Positions 27,404 to 38,168 of a stretch of 56,285 bases of DNA are shown piece by piece. The notes below the pieces were generated by a model, which saw nothing but the letters and a program-made list of their open reading frames with translations, was not told the DNA's origin and ran no database searches. Each line of letters opens with the position of its first letter. The first letter of the stretch is position 1. Origin of the DNA: Promethearchaeota archaeon (GTDB taxonomy: Archaea > Asgardarchaeota > Lokiarchaeia > Sigyniarchaeales > SOKP01). Location of the stretch: contig JBHLPW010000031.1 in the NCBI GenBank assembly GCA_048939015.1, forward strand, positions 1 through 56,285, in the 5' to 3' direction. The position numbers were made by a program, and so were the translations under genes.

Positions 27404-28627
27404 TTAAATTTTCTCGACAATTATCGATATAATATTATTTCCAAACCCACCAAAATTACATGTTATCCCTCTTTCTGCTCCATCAACTTGTCTTTTTCCA
27501 GCTTCCCCTCTTAACTGCCATACTAATTCTACAACTTGAGCAACACCAGTAGCACCAAGTGGATGACCTCGTGCCTTCAATCCTCCCGAGGGATTAATCG
27601 GTATTTTTCCATCAATATGGGTTAATCCTTCATGAGCTGCTTTAGCCCCCTTTCCTTTTTCAAAAAATCCAATATCTTCTGATTGAACGGCTTCAAGAAT
27701 CTCAAAAGCATCATGTAATTCTGCCACATCCATATCATTTGGAGTTTTTTTAGCCATTTTATATGCTTGGTTTGAACAAATCCGTAAAGCCTTGAGAGTT
27801 GTAATATCATCTCTTTCAAAAACAATATGAGTATCAGTTGCTTGTCCAATTCCTGATATTAAAATAGGATTATCGCAATATCTTTTTGCCTTAGCTGCAT
27901 TACACAGAACTAAAGCTGCTGCTCCATCAGAAATAGGACAAATATGAAATAACCTTAAAGGATCCGCTATTATTGGATTTGTTTTATCATCTTTAAGGAA
28001 ATCGTTCACAGTTTTCCAACTACCTTTTCCTTTTTGAATAGCACTCTTCATAAAATCCTCGATTGTCTTTTGAAAATGCGCATTTGGGTTCAAAGCACCA
28101 TTTCTGTGATTTTTTATGGCTATATCGGAGATCCAGTCAAGCTTAGCATTATATTTTTCTAAGTATGTATGTGTTAACATACCTGCAAAGGAAGGAAGAG
28201 AGGCTCCATGAGGTCTTTCTGCTTCTGGATGTGTCAAAGTAGCAACATTTGAAGTCACATAACCTGGCGTTGTAATATGCGTCATTTTTTCACCGCCTGC
28301 AACTAATACTAAATCATACATTCCAGAAGCAATTGATTGAAAACCGACTTTAACTGCTGAACCCCCACTTGCTGGACCATTTTTAATATGATCAGCAGCA
28401 GCAGGTAATAAGCCTAATTTATCAACAAGGGCACTTGCAATCCCTGATAAATCATTGAAAGCAGAAGGACTCATTGCCCCTACATACACGGAATCAAACT
28501 CTTTATCGTTTGTATTTGAATCTACCATTGCTTCTAGAGAAGCTTCAGAAAGTAAATCAAGGAGCCCTTTATCTGATAATTGTCCAAATTTTGTATGTCC
28601 TACTCCAATTATTGCCACATTTTCCAA
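27404..28627 (-). CDS. Thiolase-family protein (SCP2/archaeal HDAF type) lacking the nucleophilic Cys
   Basis: CPISDGAAA, ELHDAF, NPSGGLKARGHPLGATG. NGPASG occurs in place of NACASG. Confidence 0.88.
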   Translation of the reverse strand: MENVAIIGVGHTKFGQLSDKGLLDLLSEASLEAMVDSNTNDKEFDSVYVGAMSPSAFNDLSGIASALVDKLGLLPAAADHIKNGPASGGSAVKVGFQSIASGMYDLVLVAGGEKMTHITTPGYVTSNVATLTHPEAERPHGASLPSFAGMLTHTYLEKYNAKLDWISDIAIKNHRNGALNPNAHFQKTIEDFMKSAIQKGKGSWKTVNDFLKDDKTNPIIADPLRLFHICPISDGAAALVLCNAAKAKRYCDNPILISGIGQATDTHIVFERDDITTLKALRICSNQAYKMAKKTPNDMDVAELHDAFEILEAVQSEDIGFFEKGKGAKAAHEGLTHIDGKIPINPSGGLKARGHPLGATGVAQVVELVWQLRGEAGKRQVDGAERGITCNFGGFGNNIISIIVEKI

Positions 28628-28780
28628 AAATTTTCACCATATTATACATCTTTTTTTGTACTTCTGAATAATAAATATTAAAGTTAAGTCTTTAATATAG
28701 ACAATTTATCCCAAACTTAAAATTATTAATGCTAATATCCTAAATTAAGTATTGATAATTAAGTAAAAAGATTTTGAGAT

Positions 28781-29953
28781 TTAATTATTCCTTCTGTAAC
28801 TTTTTTCTAGTAATGTAGAGATTTCTTCAAAACTTGCTATTTTTGGATGCAATTTATAGTTACGAAGATTAAGAGTATCATTTGCTATTGCTATCATTTT
28901 ATCTTTAGATACAGCTTTATCTTCTAAACTTATCCATAATCCAATTTCTTTCAAGAATGACTCGATTTCATTACAACAACTTTCAGCAGCTTTTTCATCA
29001 GAACTCTTTTCTAAAGCAGGATTAAATAAGCGTCCAATGGTAGCATATTTCTCAATTGCATATCTCCATGTCCAACGATTGATTTCAGGATAAAGTATCG
29101 CGAGACTTTCACCATGACTGATACCAGATGCATGTCCTCCAAGAGCCATTGCTATTCCATGAGGAAGTGTGGTTCCTATATTTGAAATAGCTAAACCGCC
29201 AAGTGTAGCTGCGAATGAAAGAGCTTCTCTAGCTTCTTTATTGGTACCGTCTTTAATAGCAATAGGCAGGTATTTTATTATGTTTTTTAATGCTTGCAGA
29301 GCGTATAAATCTATAAATTCTGATGAGTTCTTATTTATATATGTTTCAAATGAATGAGTAAATGCATCAAAACCTGTAGAAGCTGTAAGTTGTGGGGGAA
29401 CGGTTATTGTAAGTTCAGGATCAACCAATGCAACAGTAGGAGTAAGATTCCAGCTAGCTATAGCAGATTTAAATTTATCTTTTGAACTTTTTATTACTGC
29501 CATATTAGTAACTTCTGCCCCTGTACCCCCTGTAGTTGGTACTGCTATGACTGGAAGGATTTTTTTACTATCAATTTGTTTTTGACCTATTCTATAATCC
29601 CAAATGTTCCCTTCATGCGTGATACCTACCGCAATAGCTTTTGCAGTGTCAATACTTGAGCCTCCTCCTACTCCTAAGATTACTTGTACATTATTTTCTG
29701 CACCAATCTTAGAACCTATGTCTACGCATTCATCGGTGGGTTCTGGAACTGCACCGTCATAGTGAATTACATCTACTCCTTCTTCCTGGCATAACTTGCT
29801 TACTTTTGTAAATAACTCTTCCATTGCAGTAAAAGGTTTAACAGTAACTAATAAACATCTTTTACCATTTCTTTTTACTATCTTTCCAATCTCATTTATA
29901 CGACCACATCCGAACTGAATCCTAGTTGGATGGAAATAATTAAAATTTCTCAT
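28781..29953 (-). CDS. Iron-containing alcohol dehydrogenase
   Basis: GGGSSIDTAK, PTTGGTGAE, DAFTHSFE, PHGIA, HG. Confidence 0.92.
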   Translation of the reverse strand: MRNFNYFHPTRIQFGCGRINEIGKIVKRNGKRCLLVTVKPFTAMEELFTKVSKLCQEEGVDVIHYDGAVPEPTDECVDIGSKIGAENNVQVILGVGGGSSIDTAKAIAVGITHEGNIWDYRIGQKQIDSKKILPVIAVPTTGGTGAEVTNMAVIKSSKDKFKSAIASWNLTPTVALVDPELTITVPPQLTASTGFDAFTHSFETYINKNSSEFIDLYALQALKNIIKYLPIAIKDGTNKEAREALSFAATLGGLAISNIGTTLPHGIAMALGGHASGISHGESLAILYPEINRWTWRYAIEKYATIGRLFNPALEKSSDEKAAESCCNEIESFLKEIGLWISLEDKAVSKDKMIAIANDTLNLRNYKLHPKIASFEEISTLLEKSYRRNN

Positions 29954-30025
29954 AAGACATCAATTTCATATTTTTAAAATCTAAAAAATATTATCAATTA
30001 GTTTTATTTAAAATTCTACTTATTA

Positions 30026-31372
30026 TCATTTTGGATTTTCATTTCGTATAATTGTAGCAGCACCCATACCTAAACCAACACGCATGGAAGAAATTGCAAA
30101 TTCTTTACCAGAGTGTTCTAATTGATGTAAGTTAGTTCCGATTAATCTACATCCTGTCATTCCTGTTGGATGTCCTAATGCAATTGCGCCCCCCCATTTA
30201 TTAAATCTTTCGTCTTTCCAATCCAATCCAAGTTCGTAACAGCTAGCATATACTACTGGGCTAAAAGCCTCATTGATTTCTATGAAAGACATATCATCTA
30301 AATTCATATTCGCCCTCTTTAATGCTTCAGGTATGGACTCAATAGGACCTGTAAGCATTAAGACCGGATCTGTACCCATTACAGCAAAGTTTACAATAGT
30401 AGCTCTTGGTTTAAATCCTAATTCTTCAGCTAAACTTCGTGTCATCCATAATTGTGCTGTAGCCCCATCACTAACAGGACAGCTATTCCCCGCTGTAAGA
30501 AATGCCTTACTTTTCCTACCAACGATAGTTCTCAAAGTTGCTAATTTTTCAAGTGAAGTTCCAGGACGTGGTGTTTCATCTTTTTCAGTCAATTCTGATA
30601 AGCTTGGATCTTTAGCAACTTGATTTTTTTCATCCAACAACGGTTTTCCATTTTCATCAAGTTTAGGACACCAAATTGGTTCGATTTCTGTTCCTCTTTC
30701 ATCCCAAGTTGAGCATGCTTTTTCATGTGAAAGTAAAGATAAACTATCCATTTCATTTCTGAAATCTTCCAAACTGATTCCTGCTTTCTTCATCCAATGT
30801 TGCCCCATAACATGAGCAGAATTAATCTGTCCAGCAAAAGAAGTTTTATGAGCTTTTAATTGCTCTGCTACAAAAGGATGTGTCATAATTTTTCCGTTTG
30901 GAGCTATCATTACCATTTTATTCTGTTCTTTATCATAAATATTACAATCTGCCATGATTTCATATCGATTCTGTACTTCTACTCCTCCACAAATTACACA
31001 CTCATGTATTCCAGAAGCAATAGCCTGCCATGCAGACATTACTGATTGAGCACCACTTGCACATTGACGATTAATCGACATTCCTGGCACACTTACAGGC
31101 AAATGTGCCGCTAATGCAGCAGTTCTTCCAATATCTAAAGCACAATCTCCAATTTGACTATTACAAGATACAATCGAGTCTCCTATTAATTTTGGATCGA
31201 ATTCATTCCTTTTTAAGATTGTATTATAACAATGTACCACCAAATCATCTCCTCGATGGCGACCTACAGTTCCTCTTCTCTTACCAATTGGAGTCCTTAC
31301 ATAATCTATTAAAACAGGCTCCCGTTTTGGATCTTTAAAATATTTCTCATATATATTTACTGGTTCTACCAT
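30026..31372 (-). CDS. Acetyl-CoA C-acyltransferase (thiolase); C-terminal CxG motif reads RVG
   Basis: RTPIG, NRQCASG, TAGNS, INEAF, GGAIALGHP. Confidence 0.9.
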   Translation of the reverse strand: MVEPVNIYEKYFKDPKREPVLIDYVRTPIGKRRGTVGRHRGDDLVVHCYNTILKRNEFDPKLIGDSIVSCNSQIGDCALDIGRTAALAAHLPVSVPGMSINRQCASGAQSVMSAWQAIASGIHECVICGGVEVQNRYEIMADCNIYDKEQNKMVMIAPNGKIMTHPFVAEQLKAHKTSFAGQINSAHVMGQHWMKKAGISLEDFRNEMDSLSLLSHEKACSTWDERGTEIEPIWCPKLDENGKPLLDEKNQVAKDPSLSELTEKDETPRPGTSLEKLATLRTIVGRKSKAFLTAGNSCPVSDGATAQLWMTRSLAEELGFKPRATIVNFAVMGTDPVLMLTGPIESIPEALKRANMNLDDMSFIEINEAFSPVVYASCYELGLDWKDERFNKWGGAIALGHPTGMTGCRLIGTNLHQLEHSGKEFAISSMRVGLGMGAATIIRNENPK

Positions 31373-31494
31373 AAAAATTCACTTTTACTTGAAATTTATA
31401 ACATCAAATACAATTTTACTAATTAATTTTATTTATTAGTTGAATAAGTATATACATAATTGATGTATAAAGTAAATTAAGTAGGTAAAATATC

Positions 31495-32397
31495 TTGTTG
31501 AAAGGAATCCATTTTCTATTAACTTATGTATGTAATTATACGTGTGATCATTGTTTTTTATATTGTAGCCCAAATTCAAAAGGTACATTTACATTAGCCC
31601 AGATCAAAAAAGTACTTAATGAAGCCATAAAAATTAAGACAGTTGAATGGATCTATTTTGAGGGAGGGGAACCGTTCCTCTATTATCCTATAATGGTTGA
31701 AGGTCTTAAATTAGCAAATGAATTAGGATTCAAAACAGGACTGGTTTCTAATTCATATTGGGCAACAAGTGTTGAAGATGCAGAAATTTGGCTCAAACCT
31801 ATTTCTAAGATTGGGATTTCAGATTTTAGCATAAGTAATGATACTTTTCATTATGGGAATGAAGAATTAAACTTATCTAAAAGAGCTGAGCAAGCAGCAA
31901 AAAACTTGGATTTGCCATCTTTTTCTATTACAATTAATGAACCAACTGTGAAACAGGGAATTGATAAAGATCACGAAAAAGGTGAACCTGTGATCAAAGG
32001 AGGAGCAATGTTTAGAGGAAGAGCAATTGAAACTTTAACTCAAGGTTTGCCTTGTAGACCTTGGGAAGATTTAAACAAATGTCCATATGAAGACTTGGAA
32101 GAGCTTGGAAGAATCCATGTTGATCCTTTTGGAAATGCTCAAATTTGTCAAGGATTAAGCATCGGTAATTTTTGGAATATAGATCTTTCAGAATTGATTG
32201 AAAATTACGATCCCAATTCTCATCCGATATGCAAATCTTTAATCCAAGGTGGACCGGCTCAATTAGTAAAAGATTATCAAGTTGAGCATGAAGATGAATA
32301 TGTTGATGAATGTCATTTATGTTATCTTACAAGACTAAAACTTTTAGATAAATTTCCAAAGCTTCTTGCCCCTAGACAAGTATATGGATTGGAATAA
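31495..32397 (+). CDS. Radical SAM protein with C-terminal Cys cluster (SPASM/twitch-like)
   Basis: CNYTCDHC, EGGEP, C-terminal C...C...DECHLC. Confidence 0.88.
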   Translation: MLKGIHFLLTYVCNYTCDHCFLYCSPNSKGTFTLAQIKKVLNEAIKIKTVEWIYFEGGEPFLYYPIMVEGLKLANELGFKTGLVSNSYWATSVEDAEIWLKPISKIGISDFSISNDTFHYGNEELNLSKRAEQAAKNLDLPSFSITINEPTVKQGIDKDHEKGEPVIKGGAMFRGRAIETLTQGLPCRPWEDLNKCPYEDLEELGRIHVDPFGNAQICQGLSIGNFWNIDLSELIENYDPNSHPICKSLIQGGPAQLVKDYQVEHEDEYVDECHLCYLTRLKLLDKFPKLLAPRQVYGLE

Positions 32398-32565
32398 GAC
32401 TTCTTTTCTACTAAATTATTTTAAATTTATCGGTAAGGTTACATATACAATTTTGTTATTACAAATCTTTACCAAAATGTTAAATATAATTAGTTCTGTG
32501 TGATATTGGTATAAGAACATCACAATTTGAGTTTATTTATTTGGAGTAGATTTAAATTGATTAAA

Positions 32566-35500
32566 ATGGGTGACAACCAACAAAATAATGCTGGAAGTTT
32601 ATTCAAATCTATATATAATGATTCTCCAATAGGAATAGAAATTTATGATTGCGAGGGGAAATTGATTGATTTAAATCAGTCGTGTATGGATTTGTTTGGA
32701 GTATTAAGTAAAGAAGAAGTTAAAGGATTTAATCTTCTAAATGATCCGAACCTTCCTAAAGAATATTTAACTAAATTAAAACGACAAGAAACCGTGCATT
32801 TTGAAAGTAAATTTGATTTTGATTTGGTTAAAGAATATAAATTGTACAAGACTACAAGATCTGGAAAAATATATCTCGATGTATTAATTACACCCTTATT
32901 TCTTGAAGATAATAAATATATTAGTAATTATTTAGTTCAAATTCAAGATGTTACTGATCAAAAAAGGGCAGAGAGGAAATTAGTAGATTTAAATCAATAC
33001 TTAGAAAACCAAATAAATGAGAGAATAATTGAATTAAGAAAATCAGAGGAAAAATATCACATTTTTTTGGCTAATTTTCAAGGTATTGCATTTCAGGGTA
33101 ATTTGGATTTCACACCAATATTTTTCCATGGAAATGTTCAAGAAATCACAGGATATACAGAAGAAGATTTTATAACAGGAAATCCTAGATGGGATCAAAT
33201 TATTTTGGAAGAGGATAAGAACAAAATTGCTGATAGTATAAAAAATATTCATGATGTTCCTAACACTGTTATTGAACGTGAATATCGTATATTAACTAAG
33301 GATGGTAAATACAAATGGCTTTCAGAAATTATCCAAAATATAAGTGATAAGAATGGAATTCCATATTTGGTTCAGGGAGTTATTAATGATATCACCAAGC
33401 GTAAGGAAGCAGAATTAAAATTAAAAGAATCAGAAAAGAAATATCGTACTTTAATTAATAATATTTTAGATATTATTTATGAAATTGATTTGGATGGATT
33501 GATCATCTATTTAAGCCCTCAGACGATTGATATATTAGGTTATACGCCAGATGAATTAATTGGTCGAAGTGCTTTTAGATTTATACATCCAGATGATCAA
33601 CCTAAAGTCTCAGACAATCAAAATTATGTTATTAATTCTGGTGAAGTTAGCTCTGTAGAATTTAGAATACGGAATAAGGAAGGTCGTTACATAACAGTTT
33701 CTTCAAGAGGTCAACTCATAGAGAAAGATGGAGATAAAAGAATTATTGGATTATTTAGAGATGTGACTGATAGGAGAAAAATTGAAGAAAAAGTTCAAGA
33801 AGAAAAAGAAAAAGCAGAAATGTATTTAAATCTTGTACATGTAATTTTAGTTGCTTTAGATAAAGAAGGGAACATTTCACTCATTAATAAAGAAGGAAAT
33901 GATATTTTGGGATGGAATGCCGGTGAATTAATAGAGAAAAATTGGTTTAAAACCTGTATCCCACCTCAAGATAGAGATAGAGTTTTTGATTATTTCAAGA
34001 AATTGATGAGAGGAGAAATAGATGTAGTTCCATTCTATGAGAATCCTATTATAACCAAAGAAGGGTATGAAAAATTGATTGCATGGTCCACAATTTTACT
34101 TAAGGATTCTAATGGTAGAATAATAGGAGCTCTAAGCTCAGGAGAAGACATAACAGAGAAGAAAAAAGCAGAACAATTATTAAAAGAATCTGAGGCAAAA
34201 TTTCGAACCATAGCGGAACAATCATTAATGGGTATTATAATTTTACAGGATAATAGAATTAAATATGTAAATTCCGCAGTATTAGCTATGCTTGATTATA
34301 CCCGGGATGAGCTGTTGAAGATGGATGCTGGAGGTTTTATTAATCTAATACATCCAGATGATAGAGAATTTGTTCAAGAAATAGCAAAAAAAAGACAAAT
34401 GGGAATTAAAACAGAGGTTACTGGATATGAACACAGAGTATTAAAAAAGAATGGAAATTGTATTTGGATCCAAAATTACTCAAAAACAATTAACTACAGA
34501 GGAAATCTTGCGGATCTAATTACTGTTATTGATATTACTGAACGGAAGAAAGCGGAAGTAAAGATTCAAGAATCCGAGAAAAAGTTAACGGATTTAATAG
34601 AAGCTGTACCCGTTGGGATTTCAATTACTACTCCTGAAGGAAAGATTATTGAATGCAATTCACACGCAGTACAAATGCATGGATACGAATCAAAAGAGGA
34701 ACTTTTGAAAGTACCAGTAATTAATCTTTACAAAAATCATAGTGATAGAGAAAAATTTATTGAATTGCATAAAAAGCAAAAAGTAACTGATTTTGAAGTA
34801 CAATTTAGACGTAAAGACAGCACTATTTTCTGGGTAACCCTTTCTTCTGTTGCTTATAGAGAGGAAAATCAGACATTTTATATCAATTCATTTCAAGATA
34901 TTACAAATCGCAAAATAAGTGAAATCAAACTTCAACAAAGTGAAGCAGAATTATCGGCTATATACGATTTCATGCCAATAGCAATACTTCTAGTGGATAA
35001 AGAGCACCGTATCAGAAAAATTAACAAACTTGCATTAAATTTTACAGATCGGCGAAAAGAGGAAGTATTTGGTATTCATGGAGGTGAGGCTCTTCGTTGC
35101 CTATATTCAGAGCAGGATCCCCGAGGATGTGGTTTTAGTGAATATTGTAAAAATTGTACTATTCATAACACTATTCTTGAAACTTATAAGTCTAAAAAAC
35201 CTCATATTAATATAGAAGCTACACTTCATCTCTTGCCTGGTAGCATTGTTAATAAAGTACATTTACTTTTATCTACTGTTCCACTTGAATTTGCTGGAGA
35301 AAATTTAGTTCTAATTTGTTTAATAGACATAACTGAGAGAAAGAAAACTGAAGAAAAATTAAAAGAGTCTGAAAAAAAATATAGAACCGTTGTCAATAAT
35401 ATCCCAGGGATGGTTTATAGAGGAAAATCAGATTGGAGTGTTGAGTTTCTTTCTAATTGTGAGGTAATTTCAGGTTATAAAGAGGAAGACTTTCTCTTAG

Positions 35501-36837
35501 CAAAACTAAATTGGATTGATATTATCCATCCAGAAGATAGTAAATCAATTATAACTCAAGGAAATAAAATGTCCGAGAGACCAATAGCATTATCACAAAC
35601 TTACCGAATTATCATGAAAGATGGCTCTATTCGATGGGTTAATGATCGTAAGATTTCCCTCTTTGATGAGAATGGGGTATTTTGTGGAGTTGATGGTATT
35701 GTTTATGATATTAGTGATTATAAAATAGCTGAAGAAAAATTGAGAGAATCTGAAGAAAAATTTAGAAATATAGCAGAACAAACTTCTCTTGGATTGATGA
35801 TTCAGCAAGAAGGGTTTATTAAGTTTGCTAATTCAGCAGTAGCAGAAATATTCGAATATCCTTTAAAAGAAATAAATAATTGGTCTACAGAAGATTTGGT
35901 AAAAGTCATTCACAATGAAGATCTCAAACTTATAAACACTAAGATGAAGAATGTTCAAAGTGAAAATTTTAGATCATCCGAACAATTTGAATATAGAATA
36001 GATACAAAATCGGGAATAAAATGGCTTGAAATTATTGCCAAACCAATTATTTATTTAGGTAAAAAAGCAGTGTTTGCAACTCTCATTGATACTACAGGAA
36101 AGAAAAAAGTTGAGGAGAAGTTAAAAGAAGTAAATAAATTAAAATCAGAACTAATTAGTAGAACATCACATGAACTAAAAACACCTTTAGTCTCAATTAA
36201 AGGTTATACTGATTTATTACTAACTCAACATTATGATTTACTTGACTATTACGCTATTTCTGTATTACATGAAATTAAACAAGGATGTTATCGACTTGAA
36301 TCATTGATAAAGGATCTCTTAGAAACATCAGAATTAGAAACTGGAGAAGTAGTATTACATAAAATGGAGGAGGATCTTTCTTTTTTAATTAGATTTTGCA
36401 TTAAAGACTTAAGAGGTATGATTGAGATGAGAAATCATAAATTATTCTTAGATATTCCCGATAATCTGATAACCATATTTGAAAAAGAAAGAATTTACGA
36501 GGTAATCATGAATTTATTAAGCAATGCAATAAAATATACCCCTCCGGATGGAAAAATTTCAATAAAATCTGAAGTAAATGAGGATAATATTATAATATCT
36601 GTTGAAGACAATGGTATCGGATTAAATGAAGCAGAAAAAGATAAAATATTCAAAAAATTTGGAAAAGTTGAGCGGTATGGTAAAGGTATGAATGTAATAT
36701 CTGAAGGATCAGGTTTAGGCCTCTACATATCGAAAAGAATCATAGAACTCCATGGAGGAGAGATATGGGTTGAATCAGAAGGAAGAGATAAAGGTTCTAA
36801 ATTCTATTTCTCCTTACCGAGAATAACAAAGAAATAA
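32566..36837 (+). CDS. Multi-PAS sensor histidine kinase (ATG 32566 preferred)
   Basis: About 9 PAS units, TSHELKTPL, NLLSNAIKY, DNGIG, GSGLGL. Confidence 0.93.
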   Translation: MGDNQQNNAGSLFKSIYNDSPIGIEIYDCEGKLIDLNQSCMDLFGVLSKEEVKGFNLLNDPNLPKEYLTKLKRQETVHFESKFDFDLVKEYKLYKTTRSGKIYLDVLITPLFLEDNKYISNYLVQIQDVTDQKRAERKLVDLNQYLENQINERIIELRKSEEKYHIFLANFQGIAFQGNLDFTPIFFHGNVQEITGYTEEDFITGNPRWDQIILEEDKNKIADSIKNIHDVPNTVIEREYRILTKDGKYKWLSEIIQNISDKNGIPYLVQGVINDITKRKEAELKLKESEKKYRTLINNILDIIYEIDLDGLIIYLSPQTIDILGYTPDELIGRSAFRFIHPDDQPKVSDNQNYVINSGEVSSVEFRIRNKEGRYITVSSRGQLIEKDGDKRIIGLFRDVTDRRKIEEKVQEEKEKAEMYLNLVHVILVALDKEGNISLINKEGNDILGWNAGELIEKNWFKTCIPPQDRDRVFDYFKKLMRGEIDVVPFYENPIITKEGYEKLIAWSTILLKDSNGRIIGALSSGEDITEKKKAEQLLKESEAKFRTIAEQSLMGIIILQDNRIKYVNSAVLAMLDYTRDELLKMDAGGFINLIHPDDREFVQEIAKKRQMGIKTEVTGYEHRVLKKNGNCIWIQNYSKTINYRGNLADLITVIDITERKKAEVKIQESEKKLTDLIEAVPVGISITTPEGKIIECNSHAVQMHGYESKEELLKVPVINLYKNHSDREKFIELHKKQKVTDFEVQFRRKDSTIFWVTLSSVAYREENQTFYINSFQDITNRKISEIKLQQSEAELSAIYDFMPIAILLVDKEHRIRKINKLALNFTDRRKEEVFGIHGGEALRCLYSEQDPRGCGFSEYCKNCTIHNTILETYKSKKPHINIEATLHLLPGSIVNKVHLLLSTVPLEFAGENLVLICLIDITERKKTEEKLKESEKKYRTVVNNIPGMVYRGKSDWSVEFLSNCEVISGYKEEDFLLAKLNWIDIIHPEDSKSIITQGNKMSERPIALSQTYRIIMKDGSIRWVNDRKISLFDENGVFCGVDGIVYDISDYKIAEEKLRESEEKFRNIAEQTSLGLMIQQEGFIKFANSAVAEIFEYPLKEINNWSTEDLVKVIHNEDLKLINTKMKNVQSENFRSSEQFEYRIDTKSGIKWLEIIAKPIIYLGKKAVFATLIDTTGKKKVEEKLKEVNKLKSELISRTSHELKTPLVSIKGYTDLLLTQHYDLLDYYAISVLHEIKQGCYRLESLIKDLLETSELETGEVVLHKMEEDLSFLIRFCIKDLRGMIEMRNHKLFLDIPDNLITIFEKERIYEVIMNLLSNAIKYTPPDGKISIKSEVNEDNIIISVEDNGIGLNEAEKDKIFKKFGKVERYGKGMNVISEGSGLGLYISKRIIELHGGEIWVESEGRDKGSKFYFSLPRITKK

Positions 36838-36957
36838 GACAGACTTTTTTGCTAATTTAAATATTTCCATTTAAAAGAATTCAAATATCCACACCCTATT
36901 ATTTTTTTATAAGATAAAATTGATATTGCTTACAAAATAATAAAATGTTGAAACAAG

Positions 36958-38151
36958 ATGGTTTATATTGATAAAGAAAAGTTAATGACGTTATTTAAAT
37001 GGTATATGCAAGAGGTAGGAGATAATTTAGTTTCTGTTCTTGTAGTGGATCGCGATGGTTTAATTGTCGAAATCTATACTAGAGATTCTGATAAATCAGA
37101 TGAAAAAAAGTTTATTGGAGCATTTAGTTCTTTAGTTGAGTTAGTATTAAAAAAATTAACTCAAGATTTTGATCTTGGAACTTTCGGCGCCGGAACTTTC
37201 GATACTGATAAATATCGTTTTATATTTTGTGAAGCGGGATCTGATCATGTATTAGTGTCAATTCTCAATCATACAGCGTTAGTTGATGATGTATTTCCTT
37301 ATACTTATTTAACAGCGGATAAGGTTGCGAGAATTATTGATGGCGAATTACCAGTTAGTCCTGTAATTCCAAAAATCAAACGAGATACTGAACTTGAAAA
37401 AATAAAACGTAAAATGGAATATTACCAAAGTAAATCTCATTCACCCAAATATGTTTATAAACTTTCTTTAATTGGAGATGGTGGAGTAGGAAAGACAAGT
37501 ATGGCTCAAAGGTATGTTCATGGGATATTTCGAGCAGATTATAAAGGAACAATTGGAACATATATCTCAAAGAAAGAATGTGAATTTAAAGAATTAGGTA
37601 CCTCAGTAAGATTTATGATATGGGATCTTGCTGGCCAAAGCCAATTTGAGCGACTATGGCCAGATTACTTAACAGATTCTCGTGCAGGAATTATTGTTTT
37701 CGACATAACAAATAGAGAAACATTTGATAATGTTAAGAAATGGTCTGATATCATCACTAGAGTTGCATTACCTCATATAGTTTTGATCCTTGTCGGAAAT
37801 AAAGTTGATCTAGACACCTCAAGAGTAGTTTCTACCGAAGAAGGTATGGAATTGGCTAAGGAATTAGGTGTTTATTATATGGAAACGTCAGCAAAAACAA
37901 ATGAAAATATTGATGATGTTTTTGAGTGGATTGCGCTTCAAATCATCAATACAAACATTGAAGAAGTAAAAGACACTATATTCGATAAACAAATAGAAGA
38001 AGGTTCAAAATTCATTATTTCTAGCCCCCAAATGAAAATTTTAAACCAATATTTCACTAAGCAATTGGATTATTGCATTGGTAAAAGTGATTCAAAAGAA
38101 ATTCTTAGATATTTAGACATTTTAAATGTGATTGAGAAAAATAAATTATAA
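36958..38151 (+). CDS. Roadblock/longin-like domain fused to a Rab-like small GTPase
   Basis: N-terminal VLVVDRDGLIV roadblock-like pattern, then GDGGVGKT, WDLAGQ, GNKVD, ETSAK. Confidence 0.88.
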   Translation: MVYIDKEKLMTLFKWYMQEVGDNLVSVLVVDRDGLIVEIYTRDSDKSDEKKFIGAFSSLVELVLKKLTQDFDLGTFGAGTFDTDKYRFIFCEAGSDHVLVSILNHTALVDDVFPYTYLTADKVARIIDGELPVSPVIPKIKRDTELEKIKRKMEYYQSKSHSPKYVYKLSLIGDGGVGKTSMAQRYVHGIFRADYKGTIGTYISKKECEFKELGTSVRFMIWDLAGQSQFERLWPDYLTDSRAGIIVFDITNRETFDNVKKWSDIITRVALPHIVLILVGNKVDLDTSRVVSTEEGMELAKELGVYYMETSAKTNENIDDVFEWIALQIINTNIEEVKDTIFDKQIEEGSKFIISSPQMKILNQYFTKQLDYCIGKSDSKEILRYLDILNVIEKNKL

Positions 38152-38168
38152 AAAGTTTTGAAATTTGT

